This document shows, one piece after another, positions 30,702-38,742 of a stretch of DNA of 64,000 nt. Made by a program: the position numbers and the translations under genes. The stretch is from an uncultured bacterium (GTDB taxonomy: Bacteria > Patescibacteriota > Minisyncoccia > UBA6257 > 2-01-FULL-56-20). Every line of letters begins with the position of its first letter. Position 1 is the stretch's first letter. The DNA lies in contig CAWJQC010000007.1 in assembly GCA_963844965.1 (NCBI GenBank), forward strand, positions 1-64,000, given 5' to 3'. The notes below the pieces were generated by a model. It had not been told where the DNA came from, did no database searches, and saw nothing but the letters and a program-made list of their open reading frames with translations.

Positions 30702-32175
30702 ATGCCTAATAAACTATATTTTGGAGACAATTTAGATATTCTCCGAAACAAAATCGCCGATAGCTCGGTTGATTTAATTTATCTAGACCCGCCATTTCAG
30801 AGTGGCAAAAACTACAATCAAATTTTTCGTCCCGAAGAAGGCGAAATTCAAGGCGCAACCGCACAGATTCAAGCATTTGAAGACACATGGCAGTGGGGCC
30901 CCGAAGCAGAGAAAAACTACAACGGACTTATTGTGGGCGAAATCAATAAAGAGAAACCAAGTCAGAAACTGATTGACCTCATCAAGGCGATGCGTAGCTA
31001 TCTTGGCGAAGTGCCAATGATGGCATATCTCTCTATGATGGCTCCGAGGTTGCTCGAGATGCGTCGCGCACTAAAGAATACCGGCAGCATCTATTTGCAT
31101 TGCGACCCGACGGCAAGCCACTACCTCAAACTCCTTATGGACGCTATCTTCGGCCCAGAGCATTTTAGAAACGAAATCATCTGGCGCATCGGTTGGGTGT
31201 CCGGCTACAAGAACTCAGAAGCTAGGCTGGATTCGAAATCACGACACGCTCCTCTACTACACGAAATCAGACGAGTTTACGTTCAACAAGGAATATATAC
31301 CCTACCCGCCGGATTATGTCAGACGTGACGGCAAGAAACCCGAAGGGAAAGGCATCCCGATTGAGGATACGTGGAACTGCAATTCAGCCGATGTTCTCAA
31401 CTCCATCATGATCATGAGTTTTTCCACCGAGAAGGTGGGCTACCCGACTCAAAAACCAGAAAAACTTTTAGAGAGAATTGTTAAGGCGAGCTCAAATAAG
31501 GGTGACGTCGTTTTGGATCCATTCTGCGGCTGCGGCACTACAGTCGCCGTCGCTCAAAAACTCGGGCGGCAATGGGTCGGGATAGACATAACGTACCTTG
31601 CCATTGATGTTATAGCAAAGCGATTAGAAAAAAGTGGGTACAAAAAGGGCGATGACTTTGAAATCGATGGCGAACCGAAGGATGTTTATTCCGCAGAAAA
31701 GTTGGCCCAGCAAAAACCATTTCAATTCCAATTCTGGTGCATTGCCAAGATCAATGCGACACAATCAGCAATGAAATCGGGCGATCAGGGTATAGACGGC
31801 ATCATCAATTTTGTTGACTTCACAAAAAAGGACAAGGCGGGTAAGGGCATAGTCCAGGTTAAGGGAACCCAAACAGTTAATCCGTCAATGGTGCGCGATC
31901 TTAAGGGCACAATTAAAAGCCAGGAGGCAGATTTCGGCATTCTTATAACGCTTAAACCACCCACGCACGGCATGATCACGGAGGCGGGAAAAGAGGGTTA
32001 TTATGAATACACCTACGTACCAAATACTCCGCCGCAGAAGATACCGAGGATTCAGTTCTTGACTGCCGAAGATCTGTTCAAAGATCCATTGCCCATCAAG
32101 CTTCCTCCAGCCGTCATTTCGCCCTTCAAGAAGCCCGCTATCGAAGCCATAAAAGAAGAAAGGGGCCTGTTCTAG
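30702..32175 (+). CDS. N6/N4 DNA methyltransferase fused to a C-terminal Mrr-cat-like nuclease domain, split by a frameshift near 31210
   Basis: DPPF motif ([11 protein letters not shown]) in ORF 30702-31328. The +1 frame continues ...[19 protein letters not shown]... into ORF 31408-32175, which carries [23 protein letters not shown]. The C-terminus resembles an Mrr catalytic domain: [10 protein letters not shown]...IVQVKG...DFGILITL. Confidence 0.75.
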
Positions 32176-32264
32176 GTTTTGAAAATCAAACCCCAACCGA
32201 AACGAGAATTTAAATATAAAAAATACCGAATACCAATATTCCAACAGCTCAACTCCCAAAGTCC

Positions 32265-33137
32265 CTATTCACGAGAGAAAACAACCTGAGGGCGGAACCC
32301 CAAGTCGTCGTCCCGTGCGGCAGGGCCATCCCAGTACACGTCGGAGAGGCCACCGTAGCCTGAGCTGCCGCCATCGAGGCGCCTCGCGCCCTTCTGGTAA
32401 GAATCTTCAAACCATTCCCAGGTATTGGTATCGCCCCACTCGGGGTGATAGGCGTTGCCGATGAAGTTCCATTCAATGGCTCGCGGCAGGCGGAGACACT
32501 CTTCGGGCACGTCCATTGCCTCCGCTATGGCTTTTTTCACTTCCGGCTTGTTCAGCTCGTCCCAGGAGATGTTGAAGCGGGAGCCTTTCGTCTCAAAGTC
32601 CGTAATAATCTTCTTTTTCCTCAAGTCCTCCAAGACGGGTCTGAGAACGTCGTCCTTATATATTTGCTTGCCGCTCTCGTACTTCGGCTTCCCGCGGGTG
32701 TCGACGAGAATCCAGGAGGCGGGGAGCTTCAGGGCGTCCTTCGGCAAATCGTCCTTTTTAACATCGGCATAAAATTCAATTCCCCAACCATCGGCATATT
32801 TTTTGCCCGGCTTCTTTTTCCAACCAGGCAAATCGCGCTCTTCTGTTAGTTCTTCATCGGGCAAGTAATGGAGCTCGAAGCCCATTTCCTTCCACTTCTC
32901 GTATCGTTCGGGTGTGATTTCTTCCGGCAGCGGTGGAACCTCAACGTCGTAGCCGAAGAATTCCCTGAGTTTCTCGGTTTCCTGTTCCATTAGTTCCCTG
33001 AACTCTGCCGAGGATTCGGGCGCTTTCCTTTTCTCCTTCTCCGCCTCGCCCAATGCTTTTTCCACCTTCTTCTGGACGGTGGTTTTGTACTGGTCGGGGT
33101 TATACTCTTCGTAGATTTTGTAACCGGGGAAGGGCAT
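32265..33137 (-). CDS. DGR target protein 3 (C-terminal C-type-lectin/FGE-like variable domain)
   Basis: Paralog of 36921-37799 and 37889-38737. C-terminus reads WEWFEDSYQKGARRLDGG...GFRPQVVFSRE and contains VR3. Confidence 0.8.
   Translation of the reverse strand: MPFPGYKIYEEYNPDQYKTTVQKKVEKALGEAEKEKRKAPESSAEFRELMEQETEKLREFFGYDVEVPPLPEEITPERYEKWKEMGFELHYLPDEELTEERDLPGWKKKPGKKYADGWGIEFYADVKKDDLPKDALKLPASWILVDTRGKPKYESGKQIYKDDVLRPVLEDLRKKKIITDFETKGSRFNISWDELNKPEVKKAIAEAMDVPEECLRLPRAIEWNFIGNAYHPEWGDTNTWEWFEDSYQKGARRLDGGSSGYGGLSDVYWDGPAARDDDLGFRPQVVFSRE
32285..32390 (-). repeat. DGR variable repeat VR3
   Basis: 106-nt match to the TR at 36576-36681 with 10 mismatches, all at TR adenines (coding sense). 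Confidence 0.85.
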
Positions 33138-33142
33138 GGGGG

Positions 33143-35164
33143 TTATAAGTCTTTAGTATATTGAAGAATAACTTTTTGAACGGCCCGCGGCAATTTATTG
33201 ATGTCTTCAATGACTTCCGCGTCGGGCTTGTAGGTTTCTTTCACAGCGGCCCCAGATTCCGTCATCCCGAGTCCCAAAACAATCACTCCTTTCTCGCGAA
33301 GGGCTTTGAGATTTTTTTGAACAAGCTCCGCGTTTTCGCTTTCGCCGTCCGAGAGCACCACGATTACCTTGCGCCTTATCTTTTCTCGAATCTGTCGCTC
33401 GTCTTCTGGCGTCAACGATTTCAATACCTCATCAAGCGATAGATAATCCGGCGTTCCGCCGCCCGCGTTGTGCATTTTCTTCCAAATTGCGATGCGGTCT
33501 TTTTCCGATAGGTCTGGCGAGAGTTTTTTGAGTTCAGCGTCCCCGAAGTCGCCGAACGCTCTCGTTTCGGTTCTCACGCCCAAGCCAACCGGCGTACCGC
33601 TTTCGTACTCGGCCTCCTCAATTTCTTTTTGGAAATCCGCAAGCGATTCCAAGAAGAGAAGCTTGCTCTTCCGGTCCATTTCCAATTTTGATCCCTCGTT
33701 CATGGAACCGGACAGGTCGTTGATCAGGGTCATGTCAAGCGCACCGTATCCTTCCTCCTCCCGTTCTTTGCGCTCGACTTCTCGGAATGCCCTCGGCTCG
33801 CCGCCGCTTTTTGATTCAATGTACGCTTCCGCGATCGCGCCACCTTCTATTTCCTCTCCTTCCCTCTGAAGTTGTGGCCGCACTTTCCAGCGCCGCCGCA
33901 ATCTCCTTGTCACCACTTGTTTGAACACTTCTCGGAGTTCGGCGATGAGCGGTGCGATTTCTTTATATTCATTCCGATAGCCAATTATGTCCTCAGGGCT
34001 TACATTATGCTCTTTGGCCCACTGTTCAAGGATGCTTTGATCAAGCGACGGCATTCCGCCCCGTTCTTTCACGATCGTCTCCATTGTTTTCATGATTTTC
34101 TCCTCGTCTTTCGCGGATAACGGCTCGGGGTGCACATCTTCGTAAGTTTTATATTGCTTCTTGAAATTTTTTTCCGCTTCTTTTCGCGCCGCGCTCTCGC
34201 TCCCCTTATCTTTTTTCTTGTCTTTCTCTTTCCCGCCCTCTTCCTCTTTGCCCTTGCCGGCCTCGGCTTCTTTTTTCTTTTTGAATTTGTCCCACCATTT
34301 TTTATCCTGCTTTTGCTCGCCTTGTCCCCCCTGCCCTTCTTGAGGTTGGCCTTCTCCGGCCTCTTCCTGCCCCTTCCCTTTTTTACCCTTACCTTTCTGC
34401 GTTTCTTTCTCCAGGTCCTTGCGATAGAGCTCCATATAAACCGGCTCGACAACCTGGCGCATAAGCCTGAAGCGATCGCGCGGCTCTATCGTAGGAGTGG
34501 TTACGAGATCCAAAATATCCGTCTTGTCGCCGCCGAAGCTTCTGAGCTTATCGAGCGCTTCTTGGGCTTCGGGACCCACCATAACCTTTTCATCGGGGAC
34601 CATCATCTGACGTATAAAGCCGTAGACGAACTGGACGTGGGCCGCCAGTTCTTGTTCTTGCCCGGTCTTCGGGTCTTCCAGGCGTCGGTAGTCCGTCGCC
34701 GGAAACATTTTCTCTTTATATAAAGTTCGGCGCGTCTCCTCCAAAAATGGTAGTTCGGCGACGATACGCCGATTACCAAGCACATCTTCAAAAATATTAT
34801 GAAGGATGTGGAGCTGCGGTTTTTGCTGGCTGTATCGCTTCGCTTCTTTGAGTATGAACTCGGGGTCTCTCAAGAGCTCGCCGTAATGAGCCATAAGTTC
34901 GTGGGTTGTCGCAAAAAGGGTTTCTTTGAGATTGTAGCCGCGCTCGATAAAAAAGTTAGGATCGTAAATTAGCCGACGGTTTTCAAAATCGAACGCCCAG
35001 CCGTTATTGCCCCTATCAAGCGTGATATCGCCGCGCATGCCGTACGCGCCGAGAATCTCGCCCTCTCTATCGAAAAACGCTTCAATTTCGGATGGCGGCG
35101 CCTCCTTTTTCTCAGCGAGGACGGTATTCTCCTCTGGCGGTTTTTCTGGCGAGAATTTAGTCAC
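33143..35164 (-). CDS. vWA-domain protein with a highly charged Lys/Glu/Gly-rich central region
   Basis: C-terminal von Willebrand A domain with the MIDAS motif DLSGSM. Confidence 0.75.
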   Translation of the reverse strand: MTKFSPEKPPEENTVLAEKKEAPPSEIEAFFDREGEILGAYGMRGDITLDRGNNGWAFDFENRRLIYDPNFFIERGYNLKETLFATTHELMAHYGELLRDPEFILKEAKRYSQQKPQLHILHNIFEDVLGNRRIVAELPFLEETRRTLYKEKMFPATDYRRLEDPKTGQEQELAAHVQFVYGFIRQMMVPDEKVMVGPEAQEALDKLRSFGGDKTDILDLVTTPTIEPRDRFRLMRQVVEPVYMELYRKDLEKETQKGKGKKGKGQEEAGEGQPQEGQGGQGEQKQDKKWWDKFKKKKEAEAGKGKEEEGGKEKDKKKDKGSESAARKEAEKNFKKQYKTYEDVHPEPLSAKDEEKIMKTMETIVKERGGMPSLDQSILEQWAKEHNVSPEDIIGYRNEYKEIAPLIAELREVFKQVVTRRLRRRWKVRPQLQREGEEIEGGAIAEAYIESKSGGEPRAFREVERKEREEEGYGALDMTLINDLSGSMNEGSKLEMDRKSKLLFLESLADFQKEIEEAEYESGTPVGLGVRTETRAFGDFGDAELKKLSPDLSEKDRIAIWKKMHNAGGGTPDYLSLDEVLKSLTPEDERQIREKIRRKVIVVLSDGESENAELVQKNLKALREKGVIVLGLGMTESGAAVKETYKPDAEVIEDINKLPRAVQKVILQYTKDL

Positions 35165-35201
35165 GTTGTTTTGTTTATTATACCGCTTATACGCAAAAAA
35201 A

Positions 35202-36278
35202 TCAAATGATTTTCTTTATCATTTCCAGCCGCACCCCGCGAGACCGAGAATGCTTCACGAGCCCCAAATACGAGATGAAAGAATCTTTATTGAAACCGTT
35301 ATCCAATTTTTGGAGCATTCTCCGTTTTGTTTTTGTGCGCAAAATGCGGTGATGCGGAAAACAAACAAATCCGAGAAAATCTACGCCCTGATGATATTTT
35401 CTTATGGAAACTTTTTTGGGGTGCAGCTCGAGTTTGAGGTTTGCGTTAAGAAAATCGCTGATTTTTTCGATGTAGCTCGACAGAAGTTCCTTGTCCCTGT
35501 CCAAAATCACGAAATCATCGCAATAGCGCATATAATATTTTGCCCGCAAGATCGTTTTTACGAATTGATCGAGCTCATTCATGTAGATATTCGCGAAGAG
35601 TTGGCTCGTAAGGTTGCCGAGCGGCAACCCCTTGCCAGCTTCTTTGCTGAAACTGTCGATAATTATTTGGAAAAGGCTGAGGGCGCGCGGATCTTGTATT
35701 CGCCGCGCAAGAAGATTCTTCAATATCCCGTGGTCAATGGAGTTGAAAAAACTTTTGATGTCGCACTTCAGGGCCCAAACTGTTTTCGTGTTGTTTTTGG
35801 ATAATTTCCAGCCAAATTTGTGCAAGCGCTCGAGCGCGGCGTGAGCCCCCTTCTCGTCCCGGCAAGCGTAAGAATCAAAAATGAAGCGCAGATCGAATAT
35901 CGGCTCGATCACCCTGACGATCGCGTGATGTAAAACCCGGTCGCGAACCGGTGCTTTGTGGATGTGTCTTTTCTTCGGATCGAACACAAAAAACGATTTA
36001 TACGCGCCATGTTGATATTTTCCGTCCTTTAGCGTATAATGCAGGCAGAAAAGGTTATCTTCAAGATTGCGGGAAAATTCCATCACTTCCAGCTTCCGCG
36101 ATTTACCTCGTAAAAACTCATACCATGCAAACAACAAATTATTAGATGAAATAATGTTTTCATACACAACATGACTATCCAAACCGTCCCCGATAGAATG
36201 TTGGACCTCCCTATTTTCCATAAAACATACGATTTTATTATTGTATTTTCCAATTACGTCGTTAAGTTTCCCAAACAC
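35202..36278 (-). CDS. diversity-generating retroelement reverse transcriptase
   Basis: RT motifs including YMRYCDDFVIL (YxDD). The DGR hallmark LPLGNLTSQLFANIYM ([ILV]GxxxSQ) replaces the QGxxxSP of group II and retron RTs. 358 aa with no maturase or endonuclease domains. Confidence 0.88.
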   Translation of the reverse strand: MFGKLNDVIGKYNNKIVCFMENREVQHSIGDGLDSHVVYENIISSNNLLFAWYEFLRGKSRKLEVMEFSRNLEDNLFCLHYTLKDGKYQHGAYKSFFVFDPKKRHIHKAPVRDRVLHHAIVRVIEPIFDLRFIFDSYACRDEKGAHAALERLHKFGWKLSKNNTKTVWALKCDIKSFFNSIDHGILKNLLARRIQDPRALSLFQIIIDSFSKEAGKGLPLGNLTSQLFANIYMNELDQFVKTILRAKYYMRYCDDFVILDRDKELLSSYIEKISDFLNANLKLELHPKKVSIRKYHQGVDFLGFVCFPHHRILRTKTKRRMLQKLDNGFNKDSFISYLGLVKHSRSRGVRLEMIKKII

Positions 36279-36551
36279 GATCGCTTCACTCTCGGCGCGA
36301 GGATAGAAAACACCGCCGTCGAACTCTTAATGCTTATCATGCGGGCGAATTACGGGCAAGCCGTAGCGCGCGTCGGTTTTTTAAACGAAGGAAGTATCCT
36401 GCTCGATATGCTCAAGGTATTCGTGCGGCTCGCGAAGGATAAGAAAGCTATACACCCGAATCAGTATTTAATGCTCGAGGAACGGTTGCAGGAAATAGGC
36501 CGCATGCTCGGCGGTTGGATAAAGTCCTCAAGTGCAAAAAGACCCGTGTGA
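36171..36551 (+). CDS. avd: Avd-like four-helix-bundle protein (DGR accessory variability determinant family)
   Basis: FPKHDRFTLGARIENTAVELLMLIMRAN and LEERLQEIGRMLGGWI match the four-helix-bundle/Avd family. Lies opposite to the RT. A probable later start at M36198. Followed by a hairpin terminator at 36536-36566. Confidence 0.65.
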   Translation: MTIQTVPDRMLDLPIFHKTYDFIIVFSNYVVKFPKHDRFTLGARIENTAVELLMLIMRANYGQAVARVGFLNEGSILLDMLKVFVRLAKDKKAIHPNQYLMLEERLQEIGRMLGGWIKSSSAKRPV

Positions 36552-36575
36552 GCGGGTCTTTTTGTGAGATACGAT

Positions 36576-36681
36576 CTGAGGGCGGAACCCCAAGTTGTCG
36601 TTCCGTTCGGCAGGGTCATCCCAGTTCACGTTGGAGAGGCCACCGTTGTCTGAGTTGCCGCCATCGAGGCGCCTCGTGCCC
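36576..36681 (-). repeat. DGR template repeat (TR)
   Basis: 106 nt. Coding-sense translation is Asn/AAC-rich (..GNSDNGGLSNVNWDDPAERNDNLGFRPQ). It is the invariant partner of VR1-3, and every VR difference maps to a TR adenine. Confidence 0.88.
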
Positions 36682-36920
36682 GGTCCCAAGCCCATCTGTG
36701 TCCCAAACCATCCAAGGCAGCGGCAATTCGCAGAAAGCGTCTTGCCTGTATAAATATGGAGCGGTATTCCTTTGTTTAAAGGAAATCCGCATAAGTTTGG
36801 AGCACGTCGTTTCTCTCGTTTGTTGGGCGAACCGACGATCCGTAGATCCGGCTACATTAGCCCGCATAAAAAATTTACACCGAAATGCCCAAAGGAGCAA
36901 CAGCCCAATCCCCAAAGTTC

Positions 36921-37799
36921 CTACTCACGAGAGAAAACAACCTGAGGGCGGAACCCCAAGTCGTCGTTCCGTCCGGCAGGGCCATCCCAGTCCACGTGGG
37001 AGAGGCCACCGCGGCCTGAGTGGCCGCCATCGAGGCGCCTCGCGCCCTTTTGGTAAGAGTCCTCGAACCATTCCCAGGTATTCGTCTCACCCCACTTGGG
37101 ATAATAAAGATTTCCCATATAGTTCCATTCAATAGCTCTTGGAAGTCTCAGGGATTCGGGCGGAACGTCGAGTGCCTCCGCGATGGCTTTTTTCACTTCC
37201 GGCTTGTTCAGCTCGTCCCAGGAGATATTATAGCGAGAGTTCTTGACTTTGAAATCCGTGATTATCTTTTTCTTTCTCAAATCCTCAAGTGTCTCTGCCA
37301 GTATGTCTTCGGCATATTTTTGTTTGCCGTCTTGATAGTTGGGCTTTTCGCGGCTGTCCACGAGAATCCACGAGGCAGGTAGTTTGAGGGTGTCTTTCGG
37401 AAGATTGCCGTTCTTTACCTCGTCAAAAAACTCGATACCCCAACTCTTATCCGGAGTGTATCGCGTGCCCGGCTTCTTTTTCCAACCAGGCAAATCGCGC
37501 TCTTCTGTTAGCTCTTCATCGGGCAAGTAATGAAGTTCAAGCCCCATTTCTTTCCACTTTTCGTATCGTTCTGGTGTGATTTCTTCCGGCAGCAGTGGAA
37601 CCTCAACGTCGTAGCCGAAGAATTCCCTGAGTTTCTCGGTTTCCTGCTCCATTAGTTCCCTGAACTCTGCCGAGGATTCGGGTGCTTTCCTTTTCTCCTT
37701 CTCCGCCTCGCCCAATGCTTTTTCCACCTTCTTTTGAACGGTGGTTTTGTACTGGTCGGGGTTATACTCTTCGTAGATTTTGTAACCGGGGAAGGGCAT
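36921..37799 (-). CDS. DGR target protein 1
   Basis: 292 aa, paralog of targets 2 and 3. VR1 lies at its 3' end. Confidence 0.8.
   Translation of the reverse strand: MPFPGYKIYEEYNPDQYKTTVQKKVEKALGEAEKEKRKAPESSAEFRELMEQETEKLREFFGYDVEVPLLPEEITPERYEKWKEMGLELHYLPDEELTEERDLPGWKKKPGTRYTPDKSWGIEFFDEVKNGNLPKDTLKLPASWILVDSREKPNYQDGKQKYAEDILAETLEDLRKKKIITDFKVKNSRYNISWDELNKPEVKKAIAEALDVPPESLRLPRAIEWNYMGNLYYPKWGETNTWEWFEDSYQKGARRLDGGHSGRGGLSHVDWDGPAGRNDDLGFRPQVVFSRE
36942..37047 (-). repeat. DGR variable repeat VR1
   Basis: 10 mismatches to the TR, all at TR adenines. Confidence 0.85.
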
Positions 37800-37888
37800 G
37801 GTGTCAAATGAATGGTCTTATTTGTTTATTGTTATAAAATTTTTTTTGAAAGCCTACCAAAGAAACAAGAGAACAATTGTCAAAGTTC

Positions 37889-38737
37889 CTACTCACGAGA
37901 GAAAACAACCTGAGGGCGGAACCCCAAGCTGCCGAGCCGCTCGGCAGGGTCATCCCAGTCCACGTGGGAGAGGCCACCGAGGCCTGAGCCGCCGCCATCG
38001 AGGCGCCTCGCGCCCTTTTGGTAAGAATCTTCAAACCATTCCCAGGTATTGGTATCGCCCCACTCGGGGTGATAGGCGTTGCCGATAACGTTCCATTCAA
38101 TCGCTCGCGGCAGGCGGAGACACTCTTCGGGCACGTCCATTGCCTCCGCTATGGCCTTTTTGACTTCGGGCTTATTCAGTTCGTCCCAGGAGATGTTGAA
38201 GCGGGAGCCTTTCGTCTCAAAGTCCGTAATAATCTTCTTTTTCCTCAAGTCCTCTAAGACGGGTCTGAGGACGTCGTCCTTATATATTTGCTTGCCGCTC
38301 TCGTACTTCGGCTTCCCGCGGGTGTCGACGAGAATCCAGGCGTCGGGGAGCTTAGCAGCATCGGCAGGGATTTCGTTCGCCTCTAAGCGGCCATAAAACC
38401 AATCTCCAGGTTTCTTTTTCCACCCCGGGAAAGCGGCATCCTTCCTCATCTCTTCCGGGGGAAGGTAGTGCAATTCAAAACCCATCTCTTTCCATTTTTC
38501 ATAACGCTCGGGGGTAACTTCATCGGGTAAGGGCGGGACTTCAACCTCATGACCGAAGAAAGTGCTGAGAGATTCTGTCTCGCGATCTACCAGTTCCCGG
38601 AATTCCGCTGATTCCGGCGTCATTCTCCCTTTCTCCTTCTCCGCCTCGCCCAGTGCTTTTTCCACCTTCTTCTGGACGGTGGTTTTGTACTGGTCGGGGT
38701 TGTACTCTTCATAGATTTTGTAGCCGGGGAAGGGCAT
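37889..38737 (-). CDS. DGR target protein 2
   Basis: 282 aa paralog. The N-terminal 200 aa are ~80% identical to targets 1 and 3. Confidence 0.8.
   Translation of the reverse strand: MPFPGYKIYEEYNPDQYKTTVQKKVEKALGEAEKEKGRMTPESAEFRELVDRETESLSTFFGHEVEVPPLPDEVTPERYEKWKEMGFELHYLPPEEMRKDAAFPGWKKKPGDWFYGRLEANEIPADAAKLPDAWILVDTRGKPKYESGKQIYKDDVLRPVLEDLRKKKIITDFETKGSRFNISWDELNKPEVKKAIAEAMDVPEECLRLPRAIEWNVIGNAYHPEWGDTNTWEWFEDSYQKGARRLDGGGSGLGGLSHVDWDDPAERLGSLGFRPQVVFSRE
37900..38005 (-). repeat. DGR variable repeat VR2
   Basis: 13 mismatches to the TR, all at TR adenines. Confidence 0.85.
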
Positions 38738-38742
38738 CGGAA

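Noticed and set aside
34090-34723. Lys/Arg-rich and Leu/Phe-rich ORFs overlapping the vWA gene
   Set aside because: They are alternative-frame artefacts of the GAA/AAG-rich charged linker region of the vWA protein.
35202-36278. Reverse transcriptase initially considered a group II intron maturase or retron RT
   Set aside because: No maturase (X) or endonuclease domain is present. The motif is GNLTSQ rather than QGxxxSP. An adjacent TR with A-specific VR mismatches and an Avd gene identify it as a DGR RT.
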